64,000 nt of DNA from an uncultured bacterium (lineage in GTDB: Bacteria > Babelota > Babeliae > Babelales > Vermiphilaceae). Of this stretch, positions 20,176 through 29,126 are shown piece by piece. The position numbers were made by a program, and so were the translations under genes. The stretch is taken from positions 448,001 to 512,000 of the forward strand of contig OY970212.1 of the NCBI GenBank assembly GCA_963713925.1. Direction: 5' to 3'. Every line of letters begins with the position of its first letter. Position 1 is the first letter of the stretch. The notes beneath the pieces were generated by a model. That model made no database searches, was not told the origin of the DNA, and was given only the letters and a program-made list of their open reading frames with translations.

Positions 20176-21489
20176 ATGCAAGAATATCTTGTTGTTGAAA
20201 AATCAGGCCCCCTTTCGGGAGAAGTGTCGTTATGCGGCGCAAAAAATGCGGTGTTGGTTATTATGACATCGCTGATTCTCACTCGAGGGAGATCAGTTTT
20301 GCATAATGTGCCTGCGATAGAAGATGTGTATGTCATGATGACCGTCTTGCAAGAGTTAGGAGCGGTTGTTGTGTTTGACAAAGAGCATCATATGCTCACG
20401 GTTGATACCACGGAGCTTTCAGCAACATCAGTGCGTCCTGAGCTTATGAAAAAAATGCGCGCATCAGTGCTGGTCATGGGGCCATTGCTTGCAAGAATTG
20501 GGCATGTAATGATTTCATTACCCGGTGGCGATGCAATTGGGGCTCGCCCGATCGACTATCATTTGAAAAATCTGGCAAAGCTTGGAGCTGTTGTTACCCA
20601 GACACAAGAAGCAATTGAAGCGCATTGCACCAAATTGACTGCTGCACATATTGTTCTTGAGTATCCAAGCGTCGGCGCAACTGAAAATATTTTGATGGCT
20701 GCTACTATGGCCCGAGGCATCACCAAGATTGTCAATGCCGCGCTTGAGCCGGAAGTGTATGATCTCATTACAGTGTTGAAAAAAATGGGAGCAAAAATTT
20801 CACTCGGTGAGTCGGCAACTATCATTGTGGAAGGCGTGCAGCGATTGTATTCCGTTGAACATACCATCATTCCTGATCGGCTTGAGGCCGGATCATTGCT
20901 CATTGCATCGGCAATAACTGGCGGAGAAATTCTTTTGCCCAATGCGCGTCATGACCACCTTGATTTAGTGCTTGCCAAGTTGGAAGAGATGGGGCATATC
21001 GTCCATCGAATGTCAGCGCAAACCGGTGTTCGGCTTGTTTCGATGAAAAATCCGAATGCGGTTTCAATCAAGACGACTCCGTATCCAGGATTTCCAACCG
21101 ATTTACAAGCGCCGATGATGGCAGCGCAGGCGGTTGCTCGCGGCACATGTACGGTCGAAGAGACGGTATTTGAAAACAGATTTCAGCACGTGCAAGAGTT
21201 GAATGCCATGGGAGCTCAAATAGAAATCGTTACAAGCAAGGCCATTGTTAAAGGAATGACTCGTCTTGATGGAAAATTCGTCAAAGCGACTGATATTCGC
21301 GCCTCATGCGCGTTAGTATTGGCAGGTCTTGTAGCCGATGGACAGACTATTATTGATGGCGTGAATCATTGGCGTCGTGGGTATGATGAGCTTGAAAAAA
21401 AGCTGTCCGCTTTAGGTGCAAACATTGCCTGCAAGCCAATGGATATAATTCCAAATCAACGATTTGGAATTGCTGAAAGAGCGATATAA
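20176..21489 (+). CDS. murA: UDP-N-acetylglucosamine 1-carboxyvinyltransferase
   Basis: GAKNA, MRAS, LPGGDAIGARPID loop, SVGATEN, PYPGFPTDLQ, FENRF. Confidence 0.97.
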   Translation: MQEYLVVEKSGPLSGEVSLCGAKNAVLVIMTSLILTRGRSVLHNVPAIEDVYVMMTVLQELGAVVVFDKEHHMLTVDTTELSATSVRPELMKKMRASVLVMGPLLARIGHVMISLPGGDAIGARPIDYHLKNLAKLGAVVTQTQEAIEAHCTKLTAAHIVLEYPSVGATENILMAATMARGITKIVNAALEPEVYDLITVLKKMGAKISLGESATIIVEGVQRLYSVEHTIIPDRLEAGSLLIASAITGGEILLPNARHDHLDLVLAKLEEMGHIVHRMSAQTGVRLVSMKNPNAVSIKTTPYPGFPTDLQAPMMAAQAVARGTCTVEETVFENRFQHVQELNAMGAQIEIVTSKAIVKGMTRLDGKFVKATDIRASCALVLAGLVADGQTIIDGVNHWRRGYDELEKKLSALGANIACKPMDIIPNQRFGIAERAI

Positions 21490-21521
21490 AAAGAGAAGGG
21501 CGAGTTATTCGCTCTTTTTTT
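21488..21521. terminator. Bidirectional terminator between convergent genes
   Basis: AAGGGCGAG-TTA-TTCGCTCTT stem flanked by A-rich and T7 tracts. Confidence 0.6.
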
Positions 21522-21975
21522 GTACAGTTTGATTCAGGTGCTCGAATGCATGAAGAAAATTCAGATAAGAAAGCATTTGTTTGCCTAATTCATGCTTCTC
21601 TTCTAGGGCTATTTCCTCTTCACTGCGAGAAAAGCAACAGGAGCAATTGTTTTTAAGATCTTGCCAAACAGAATCTTCTCGGGTCAGGTCGCGAGCATCA
21701 TTGAAAATTTCATTAAAACGATTGTTATCTAGGGAACCATTTTGGATAAGATGTTTTTCGAGTAATTGATAAGGATGCTGTTGTTTAATTTCAAGAATTG
21801 TCCGGTGTGGGTCTGTAAAATCGGTAGGGAAAACGCGAGGTTTCTCTTGTTGTCCGGAAGACCAATCCAATGATGGTGGATTTTGTTGAGTTGCTTCAGT
21901 GAGTTGTATAAAAAAATCACTCGAATATGAATGATAAACGGATGTTATAACGAAAAAAAATAAAAAAAACTTCAT
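21505..21975 (-). CDS. Secreted hypothetical protein
   Basis: Phe-rich signal peptide; CSCC cluster. Confidence 0.6.
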   Translation of the reverse strand: MKFFLFFFVITSVYHSYSSDFFIQLTEATQQNPPSLDWSSGQQEKPRVFPTDFTDPHRTILEIKQQHPYQLLEKHLIQNGSLDNNRFNEIFNDARDLTREDSVWQDLKNNCSCCFSRSEEEIALEEKHELGKQMLSYLNFLHAFEHLNQTVQKKSE

Positions 21976-21992
21976 GTAATTTCCTTTTTTAT

Positions 21993-22841
21993 TTATTGCA
22001 GGTTTCCAGATCCTGTTAACTCTGCAAGTTCTTTGGTGATAATTGCTTGACGCAATTTATTATAGGTTAATCGAGTTTGATCAAGCAAGTTATCTGCATT
22101 ACGAGTTGCACTATCCATTGAAACAAAGCGTGCCGCTTGCTCGGCGCTGAGCGATTGGAAGATAAGTTGTTCAATGGTGAACTTGAGTAACTTGTCTGAA
22201 ATAAAGTTGATCATGTGCTCACGATCTTGCTCAAAAGCAATATCCGGGGAGACTTTTGCTGGTTGCGATTCGTTTGTTTGCGCAACAAATGGGATAAGTT
22301 GCGTAACAGTCGGCTTTTGGTTAAAAAAGGTGAGCCCAATGGTGCTGATAACGGTCACTGTCTGAAACTGTTTGTTTTCTACGATAAAAGCATACAATTT
22401 TTCTGCAATAGCATGATAGCGCGTTGTTGTTAACTGATCAAAAGCTACCAAAGGAGTGATCTTCTTTTTGCCAGTCACATATTCATGCGCCTTTTTGCCG
22501 ACGGTAATAACTTCAAAGGGATAGTTGATCTGTTTTATATGCTCTTCAAAAAGGTAGTGGAGTGGAAGGTTAAAATTGCCACATAATCCCTTTTGAGAAC
22601 CGATAAGGATAACAAGCTCTGTTTTTTGAACTGACTCGTCTGAAATGGACTGTTTCTCTGTTGGCTCTGGGTGAACTGCTGAAAGCAAAGAGGTCAACGT
22701 TTTTTTGTAATGGACGAGAGCACCCTCTTTTGCCTTGAGTTGGGCATGGGCAGACATCGAGATGAGCCGCATAGCGTGGGCAATTTTTTTGATGGTTTCA
22801 ACCGCTTTTATACGTTGCTTGATGGAAATAAGAAGTGACAT
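21993..22841 (-). CDS. atpG: F0F1 ATP synthase gamma subunit
   Basis: IKKIAHAMRLIS, KGLCGNFN, SEQAARF.SMD.ATRNA-like and YNKLRQAIITKEL signatures. Confidence 0.93.
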   Translation of the reverse strand: MSLLISIKQRIKAVETIKKIAHAMRLISMSAHAQLKAKEGALVHYKKTLTSLLSAVHPEPTEKQSISDESVQKTELVILIGSQKGLCGNFNLPLHYLFEEHIKQINYPFEVITVGKKAHEYVTGKKKITPLVAFDQLTTTRYHAIAEKLYAFIVENKQFQTVTVISTIGLTFFNQKPTVTQLIPFVAQTNESQPAKVSPDIAFEQDREHMINFISDKLLKFTIEQLIFQSLSAEQAARFVSMDSATRNADNLLDQTRLTYNKLRQAIITKELAELTGSGNLQ

Positions 22842-22887
22842 GATCACATCCTGTTAAAATAATGCTGATTTCTAAAAAAATGGCTTT

Positions 22888-22922
22888 ATTCTACTTCGCT
22901 GCCTTATGGCAGCTTCGAAGAA
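22888..22922 (-). repeat. Family-A-like palindrome (CTTCGCTGCC-TTAT-GGCAGCTTCG)
   Basis: Same CTTCGCT...AGCTTCG bulged-hairpin core as 29127-29180 and 63347-63372. Confidence 0.5.
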
Positions 22923-23022
22923 CTACGCGCTCAATGGCTTTTAAGGCTGAGCGCTTCATACCAACAGTAATCGGTTCCTGACATCTTTGCAACTAAATCG
23001 ATATTTTTAAGGGTGCCTTGGA

Positions 23023-23526
23023 TTACTTATAGCGAGCTTCAATAGCTACGCGGGCTGCGGCAGCTGATTTGGCTTGTTCGGCTTTTTGTATTGCTTGTGC
23101 GCGATCCCATGCAGGGGTCAGTGCTGTGTCTATGACGGTCATTTCTTCTTTGTAGAGAGCATAATTATCGTCCATTAATATCTGAACTTCTTGTTCTATC
23201 TTTTGAGTAAAATAGGGCTTAAAATCATAAATAATCTGGGGAAGAAAGATGGCTTTTGCATAATATCTTTTTAGGGAGCCCGCTTTTTCACTGGCATCTA
23301 AATCCTCAAATAGTTGTTGCAAAGTCGATTCAACTCGATCACATGAAGATCGTGTTGTGCTATCGTAGCCAAACAAGCCAGTCCTGCGAGGCTCTTTGTT
23401 ATGAATAAGTCTTACTGATGAATTTTTAGGTAAGAGCTTGTTGATAAGATCTTCTTTTTTATCGGTGTCAGCTGCATTTAAAAAGGTAGCTGATATAAAA
23501 GTGGCTAATAAAAGATTTAATTTCAT
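23023..23526 (-). CDS. Secreted hypothetical protein, tandem paralogue 1
   Basis: MKLNLLLATFISATFLNAAD; shares N- and C-termini with 23547-24107. Confidence 0.7.
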   Translation of the reverse strand: MKLNLLLATFISATFLNAADTDKKEDLINKLLPKNSSVRLIHNKEPRRTGLFGYDSTTRSSCDRVESTLQQLFEDLDASEKAGSLKRYYAKAIFLPQIIYDFKPYFTQKIEQEVQILMDDNYALYKEEMTVIDTALTPAWDRAQAIQKAEQAKSAAAARVAIEARYK

Positions 23527-23546
23527 AGAAAATTTCCTCAATTGGA

Positions 23547-24107
23547 TCACTTGTTGTATTGAGCTAAGATTGCTGCGCGAGCTGCGGCAGCGGATTCAGC
23601 TTGCTTTTTTTCTCGCTCTGTTTTGCTTATTTCTTTATATGAACGATCGATTTCTTTTAGTTGAGTCAAAGCGGAATTAATTATTCTATTTATAAATTGG
23701 AACTCTTCCAGGGTCAAATCCATATTATTGGTCAATGATTGAATTTGTTTCTGAAATGTGTGCGCAAAATACTCCTGAAAGCCCCAATGTAGGCTATAAT
23801 CGCTAACATCAGAACACGATGTATAGATCGGATATTGAACATAGGGATACTGTGGCAAATAATGAGTTTTTTTATAGCACTCCAAATCTTCAAATAGTTG
23901 TTTGAGTGTTGACTCAATTGCATCGCAAGCAACTCGCATGTTCCTATCGGAGCCAAACCAAGCAGTTTTGCGAGGTACTTTGTTGTGAATAAGTTTTACG
24001 ACTGAATCATTAGGCAAGAGCTTGTTGATAAGGTCTTCTTTTTCTATATCAGCTGCATTTAAAAAGGTAGCTGATATAAAAGCGGCTAATAAAAGATTTA
24101 ATTTCAT
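23547..24107 (-). CDS. Secreted hypothetical protein, tandem paralogue 2
   Basis: MKLNLLLAAFISATFLNAAD...SAAAAR tail; ~65 bp nearly identical DNA around the start codon. Confidence 0.7.
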   Translation of the reverse strand: MKLNLLLAAFISATFLNAADIEKEDLINKLLPNDSVVKLIHNKVPRKTAWFGSDRNMRVACDAIESTLKQLFEDLECYKKTHYLPQYPYVQYPIYTSCSDVSDYSLHWGFQEYFAHTFQKQIQSLTNNMDLTLEEFQFINRIINSALTQLKEIDRSYKEISKTEREKKQAESAAAARAAILAQYNK

Positions 24108-24205
24108 AGAAAATTCCCTTTAACAAAAATTATCATGACCAACTTTGTATGGTACAATGACTTTATAATATCAGCATACCATTTGTCAAAAGAGCATTGG
24201 TTCAT

Positions 24206-24784
24206 ATGATCTTACTTATTGATGCATATAACGTTTTAAAAAGACACTATTCCGATCAAGAAATTTCTGAGCATATCAGAAATCAGTTTATCGCACGGTT
24301 GCGACAATATTCAAAAATCAAACAGCACTCAATTATTTTGGTGTTTGATGGGGGCGACTCTCCATGGCCGATTGTCAGTGATAAGGGCGTTGTTGAGATA
24401 GTATATTCCGGATACAACAAATCTGCAGATGATGTGATCAAATCATATCTTGATGAGTATAAACAGAAAGATATTGTTTTGGTCAGTTCTGACAATCAGC
24501 TCAATCAGTATGCGCAGAATTATTCAATTGTATCGGTTGACGCTGATGCATTTTATATGCTTTTTAAAGCCGCGCTTGAAAAAAAGCGATCTACCCAAAT
24601 CAACAAACCACAGAAAGCAGTTAAAACATCGCAAGAAAGCAATTCGGAGCTCGATCTGCTCATGATGCAAACTGGACCTGTGTATGATGATGAACATATC
24701 ATTGCTGAGCATATGGCAATGGCGCATGCTCAGAAAGATGACCGATCTGTGAGACGATTAAAACAAGTTATTCGAAAGTTGTGA
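24206..24784 (+). CDS. NYN-domain RNase, YacP/Rae1-like
   Basis: LIDAYN, VFDG, VYS...SADD, LVSSD motifs. Confidence 0.85.
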   Translation: MILLIDAYNVLKRHYSDQEISEHIRNQFIARLRQYSKIKQHSIILVFDGGDSPWPIVSDKGVVEIVYSGYNKSADDVIKSYLDEYKQKDIVLVSSDNQLNQYAQNYSIVSVDADAFYMLFKAALEKKRSTQINKPQKAVKTSQESNSELDLLMMQTGPVYDDEHIIAEHMAMAHAQKDDRSVRRLKQVIRKL

Positions 24785-25218
24785 TGGAACAGATATATTC
24801 AGGGTCCTATACTCTTGAAACGATATCGACTGTGATTGATATTGTAAAACGATATGTGGACAAAGTAGCGGTGATAACTCTTACGGGGGATTTAGGTGCC
24901 GGCAAAACGACGCTCACTCGGGCATTGCTTGAATCCTTAGGGGTGACATCCGACATTGTGAGTCCAACATACACCTATGTAGTGACCTATCGATTGCCAG
25001 ATGGCAGAATCGTGCATCACTTTGATTTGTATCGTATCGCAACGGTCGATGATTTTTTGCAGATGGGCTTTGGCGAGTATCTCTATGCTCCGAATGCATT
25101 GTGCATTATTGAGTGGCCGGAAGTTATTAAAGAATTGCTCACCCACGATCTGCTTGATATTCGGCTTACATATCGCCGACATGATCGGGCAATAGAAATG
25201 TATTATAAACAACTTTGA
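24784..25218 (+). CDS. tsaE: tRNA threonylcarbamoyladenosine biosynthesis ATPase
   Basis: GDLGAGKTT, SPTY, HFDLYR, IEWPE. Confidence 0.96.
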   Translation: MEQIYSGSYTLETISTVIDIVKRYVDKVAVITLTGDLGAGKTTLTRALLESLGVTSDIVSPTYTYVVTYRLPDGRIVHHFDLYRIATVDDFLQMGFGEYLYAPNALCIIEWPEVIKELLTHDLLDIRLTYRRHDRAIEMYYKQL

Positions 25219-25226
25219 AGGATTTC

Positions 25227-26441
25227 ATGAGCAAAATAGTTCTTATATTAGGTGCGGTTTTTATGGTAGCCCATGCAAGTGATGACGACAAGCAACCGAA
25301 AATATCATTTGAATCGGTTCCCATTGATATGTGGCGATTGATTGCAGCACAGGCTGTACATGCTCAACCGGCAGATCGATACGGCGTTTTCCAATTCAGT
25401 GCGGATTTGACCAAGCTAAGTATGGCAAATAGAGGAATGCGGGGATTGATCAGTGATGAGAACAGCACGAATCTTTTTATAGAGGTTGCGCAAAAACATA
25501 CCGGATTTTTTGAGGGACAGATCCTTGGATTGTTGAAAACGAAGGGTGCGGTGCTGCTCATTGAAAAATTAAAGAAAGAGATTAAAAATAGTGATCAACG
25601 CTTGGTTGATTTGGTAAAGGCTCACATAGCTTATAGTGAAAGTGAAAAACAGACATTGGTATATTCCCATCTTCCAAGCCTTCGAGCCATGCACGATGCC
25701 TTGCTTCCTTTGAAAAATGTTGGTATGTCTATTGCGCCGCAAATTGCTTGTGATGGTGATGAAGTCGACCCGGCTGCGATGCTCAGTGCGCCAGTGGTTT
25801 TGACATCAGATGATCTTATCTATTGGTTAAGCAATAAGCAAAAAGATATGATGCTTCGTACACTTCGATTGAAAAGACGGGGCGAGACATTTGATGTGCT
25901 CTCGGAAAGATCAGGCCTTGCGTGCAAACATAATTTTAATTCTTGTTGCAACAACATTTCTAATTTTTGTTTAAAATCAAAAGAAGGCAAGCCTCATTCA
26001 CTTCTGTTTGGTAGACAAGGCCAAGAAGTGGGCTTCGGATTGAAACCATTGTTTAATTGCGATACAAAATCAGTCACGCGTGCGTTTCGCACTCGTTCGG
26101 TTGGGAATTGCACAATAGAGCAACTCAAGATTATTAACGCTCTTGCTTATCAAGACTACATCTTTGCACATTTGCTGGCGCCTTGCAAAGATGCGCCGGA
26201 TAAAAATATGAACATTCTTTTTAGGCTTAATTTGAATGACTGTAAAAATGATCCTCGGGTATCGGCGAATACTATGGTTGGATGGGCGAAGATGATTGGC
26301 ACATGGAGAGACATCGACAACGAAAAAGATGTTTCATGCATGACCGTTGATCAATCGGGCAGATTGTTAATCGGAAGTGTGAAAGGTCCGAAGTTTTCTT
26401 ATCAGATCGATGAAGATAAGGATACTGTAAATAATCAATAA
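25227..26441 (+). CDS. Secreted F-box-like protein, paralogue 1
   Basis: Signal peptide, then FESVPIDMWRLI...DLTKLSMANRGMRGLI resembling an F-box; C-terminal beta-rich region. Confidence 0.55.
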   Translation: MSKIVLILGAVFMVAHASDDDKQPKISFESVPIDMWRLIAAQAVHAQPADRYGVFQFSADLTKLSMANRGMRGLISDENSTNLFIEVAQKHTGFFEGQILGLLKTKGAVLLIEKLKKEIKNSDQRLVDLVKAHIAYSESEKQTLVYSHLPSLRAMHDALLPLKNVGMSIAPQIACDGDEVDPAAMLSAPVVLTSDDLIYWLSNKQKDMMLRTLRLKRRGETFDVLSERSGLACKHNFNSCCNNISNFCLKSKEGKPHSLLFGRQGQEVGFGLKPLFNCDTKSVTRAFRTRSVGNCTIEQLKIINALAYQDYIFAHLLAPCKDAPDKNMNILFRLNLNDCKNDPRVSANTMVGWAKMIGTWRDIDNEKDVSCMTVDQSGRLLIGSVKGPKFSYQIDEDKDTVNNQ

Positions 26442-26500
26442 AACTTTTTATATTGGATTTTTTGCTGACATGATCGCGGGATAGAGCGTTTAGGAATTTT

Positions 26501-27628
26501 ATGAAAAAATCATTTCTTCTTTGTTTCATATCTATAGTTTTGCAAGCGAGTGACGATGCTCAATTGAAAATATCATTTGAATCGGTTCCCACTGATGTTT
26601 GGTGGGAGCTTTTTTCCAGTCACGTAACGACTGAGCCGGCCGATCAAGAAGGCGTACATCGAGCAGGCAGGCATTTAGCAAGGCTTGGTATGACAAGTAA
26701 AGTATTACATCGCTCGATTAATGATCCACGCAGCTCATTTCATTTCGGCGAAATTGCAGGAGGTCATGCGCATGTTTCGCATCTGCTCGCAATGGGGCTA
26801 TTAAACATGAAGAACGCAACCGATCTTTTTGATTTAAAGAAGCCGTTTTTTGATTATACACAACGAAAAACTATGGGTGATAAGATTCGAAATCTTGTGG
26901 CGCTTATGATTGCCAAGCAGGAAAGCGAAGAACGTGCATTGCAAACAGGATCAGCTCAGAATATTTATTTTATGAATTCATTGCGTTGTTTATATCATGC
27001 AACCGTTGGTTTTAGAAAGAGTATAGATGAGCATGTGCGGGCAAAGACAGGTCTGAGCGCTTTCGAAGATTGCAAACATGCGATTTCGTTAGATGAGGGG
27101 TCAGCTTTATTGTACAGTAAACGAGATCAAAAGTATAAATCGAAAGATTTAAAAGTATGGAAGTATGAAAAATTGACGTTAGAGCCGATAGCGATTTCGT
27201 TGCCATGCGCCACCGGTTATTATCCGGGATCAGTAGCAATGATAAAAGGATTGGAAAATGACTTGTATTGTGTGTGTATTTTGTCAAAAGAAGATTGTAA
27301 AAACGACCAAGTGGTATTTGTGGGCAAATTAGATTTTGAAGTGAGAGTAGTGCGTAAGTGTTTTAGTAAAACACAACATGATTGCACTCTGATGAACGTA
27401 AAACGTTATGGAGATAATTTATTTATACAGCAATGGTGGCATCCGGGTCGAGGTAAGGGTTATTGTAATTTGATGAAATTTTCCTTGTCGAATGGAGATT
27501 TGATTGGAATTGATTTGGGTAGGAAATGTATTGAACCTAAAAATCTCACGCATATGACCATTGATCAGACAGGCAAGCTGCTAATGGGAAAAGATGGGAA
27601 AGCGATATTTTCTTATCAGATTGAGTGA
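26501..27628 (+). CDS. Secreted F-box-like protein, paralogue 2
   Basis: KISFESVPTDVWWELF...LARLGMTSKVLHRSIND; C-terminal MT(V/I)DQ.G.LL.G...FSYQI shared with paralogue 1. Confidence 0.55.
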   Translation: MKKSFLLCFISIVLQASDDAQLKISFESVPTDVWWELFSSHVTTEPADQEGVHRAGRHLARLGMTSKVLHRSINDPRSSFHFGEIAGGHAHVSHLLAMGLLNMKNATDLFDLKKPFFDYTQRKTMGDKIRNLVALMIAKQESEERALQTGSAQNIYFMNSLRCLYHATVGFRKSIDEHVRAKTGLSAFEDCKHAISLDEGSALLYSKRDQKYKSKDLKVWKYEKLTLEPIAISLPCATGYYPGSVAMIKGLENDLYCVCILSKEDCKNDQVVFVGKLDFEVRVVRKCFSKTQHDCTLMNVKRYGDNLFIQQWWHPGRGKGYCNLMKFSLSNGDLIGIDLGRKCIEPKNLTHMTIDQTGKLLMGKDGKAIFSYQIE

Positions 27629-27701
27629 TATCTGATTATTCAGCTTGAATAGCGCTGACACGGCAGGATAGAATAGAAATATATTAAAAAGGAGATCAGT
27701 A

Positions 27702-27842
27702 ATGTTAAATCGTAAATCAATAGTGTGGTTATTAATTATATCCATAGCGAGCGCGCTTGTATTTGCATATGCATATAGAGTGAGATCTTGTGGAGTGAGC
27801 AATGGTCAACTGAATGTAAATAATGTGAAGGCGGTAAAATAA
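27702..27842 (+). CDS. 46-aa single-TM small protein (not in the ORF track)
   Basis: Strong AAAAGGAGA RBS; MLNRKSIVWLLIISIASALVFAYAYRVRSCGVSNGQLNVNNVKAVK; stop 5 nt before the next gene. Confidence 0.55.
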   Translation: MLNRKSIVWLLIISIASALVFAYAYRVRSCGVSNGQLNVNNVKAVK

Positions 27843-27847
27843 GTTAT

Positions 27848-28051
27848 ATGAACAAAAGCCCTTTATTACAACGTCCCGATTATGTCGTGTGCACCTGCAT
27901 GGGTGTGATGTACTCAGAAATTTGCCAAGCTATTGAAGAGGGATCAGACTCACTTGAAAAGTTGTCTGATCTGCTCATGACGGGCACCGGATGCACTAGT
28001 TGCGTTCCTGAAGTGCAGATGATTCTCAAGGAGTATGGTAAAAAATCCTGA
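27848..28051 (+). CDS. BFD-like [2Fe-2S]-binding protein
   Basis: VVCTCMGV...I..AI..G......GTGCTSC pattern. Confidence 0.85.
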   Translation: MNKSPLLQRPDYVVCTCMGVMYSEICQAIEEGSDSLEKLSDLLMTGTGCTSCVPEVQMILKEYGKKS

Positions 28052-28133
28052 GCCATCCACGATATTTTTGCAAAATTCAGTTGAAATCTCAGATAAAAAC
28101 GTTAATATAGTGAAGCTGAGTTTGACATTTTTC

Positions 28134-28219
28134 GGCGAGATTCCCGAGCGGTCAAAGGGGACGGACTGTAAATCCGTTGGCTTATGTCTTCGAAGGTTCG
28201 AATCCTTCTCTCGCCACCA
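28134..28219 (+). tRNA. tRNA-Tyr(GTA)
   Basis: GGCGAGA/TCTCGCC acceptor stem, anticodon loop CTGTAAA, long variable arm, GGTTCGAATCC, encoded CCA. Confidence 0.96.
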
Positions 28220-28356
28220 GGCTTTGCCCAAAGGGCTACGCCTGGCGCAGCCAGTGGTTAAGGTAGAATAGCTAATATTGATAGCAGGAATGCGAAGCCT
28301 GTCCGGCGAAGTTTATGAGGTTTTACTTCGGAGTAAGAACGTAGCCTGGACTGGAA
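28220..28356 (+). repeat. tRNA-trailer inverted doublet of family-A palindromes, copy 1
   Basis: Aligns over ~140 nt with 28637-28783. Confidence 0.85.
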
Positions 28357-28398
28357 AAATAAATTCCTCTATTATAAAAGCTTATCCGGGGCTTTTCA

Positions 28399-28476
28399 CC
28401 CAAGTTACGCTTTGCTTCACTTGGGACCCGATTTTCGCCTCGGCTGCGTGCGCCATAGCTCTTCGAGCGACGACGG
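28399..28476. repeat. Family-G element (minus strand, 28399-28430) followed by a family-A element (28443-28476)
   Basis: CCCAAGTTACGCTTTGCTTCACTTGGGACCCG; GCTGCGTGCGCCATAGCTCTTCGAGCGACGACGG. Confidence 0.65.
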
Positions 28477-28560
28477 GCCAGACTTCGCTATAAAGCGACG
28501 GGATTCCCATAGCTTTGATTTGAAAATTGCCAAGTATAAATGGAACTTGGGTATAAATAT

Positions 28561-28636
28561 GCGGGAATAGCTCAATTGGTAGAGCGGCAGCCTTCCAAGC
28601 TGTAGGTTGCGGGTTCGAGTCCCGTTTCCCGCTCCA
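28561..28636 (+). tRNA. tRNA-Gly(TCC)
   Basis: GCGGGAA/TTCCCGC acceptor stem, loop CTTCCAA, TTCGAG T-loop, CCA. Confidence 0.96.
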
Positions 28637-28783
28637 GGCTTCACCCATAAAGGGTTACGCCTGGCGCAGCCAGTTGCTAAGGTAGAGCGGTCTATATTGA
28701 TAGAACAAGCGTGAAGCCTGTCCGGCGAAGTTTAAAGCTTCCTGAGGTCTTACTTCGGAGTAAGAACGTAGCCCGGACTGGAA
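28637..28783 (+). repeat. tRNA-trailer inverted doublet of family-A palindromes, copy 2
   Basis: Aligns with 28220-28356. Confidence 0.85.
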
Positions 28784-28811
28784 CAACAACCCGCTCATTT
28801 CCTTTAGAAAT

Positions 28812-28909
28812 GGCTGGGCAGGCCAGCAAAAAAGGTTTTGAAATTTTGTTAATATTGAGAGTGCAATAGCGTAGGCTGTCACGCCATAGCTCTTTGAGCG
28901 ACGGTTGAC
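28812..28909 (+). repeat. Family-A doublet homologous to the tRNA-Thr(TGT) trailer but with no tRNA upstream
   Basis: GGCTGGGCAGGCCAGCAAAAAAGGTTTTGA matches 29176-29205; right arm GGCTGTCACGCCATAGC. Confidence 0.7.
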
Positions 28910-29050
28910 TATGTTGTTAGGCGTCTTCATTTTTAGCCTGTACGAGTAAAGAAATCCGGATATTTATTCCGGTCTGCATTTGAAAATTTTTTAAGAAACC
29001 AGGATTTATCGATTAATGAATACCTGGTTTCTGTTTGAAATTCTAGGAGC

Positions 29051-29126
29051 GCCGGTGTAGCTCAGCTGGTAGAGCAACTGATTTGTAATCAGTAGGTCGT
29101 TGGTTCAAGTCCAATCACCGGCTCCA
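29051..29126 (+). tRNA. tRNA-Thr(TGT)
   Basis: GCCGGTG/CACCGGC acceptor stem, CTGAT-TTGTAA..ATCAG anticodon arm, CCA. Confidence 0.96.

Noticed and set aside
28240..28356. Extra tRNA or tmRNA/SRP RNA in the tRNA trailers
   Set aside because: No T-arm (GTTCRA) or acceptor stem, and no recognisable SRP or tmRNA motifs.
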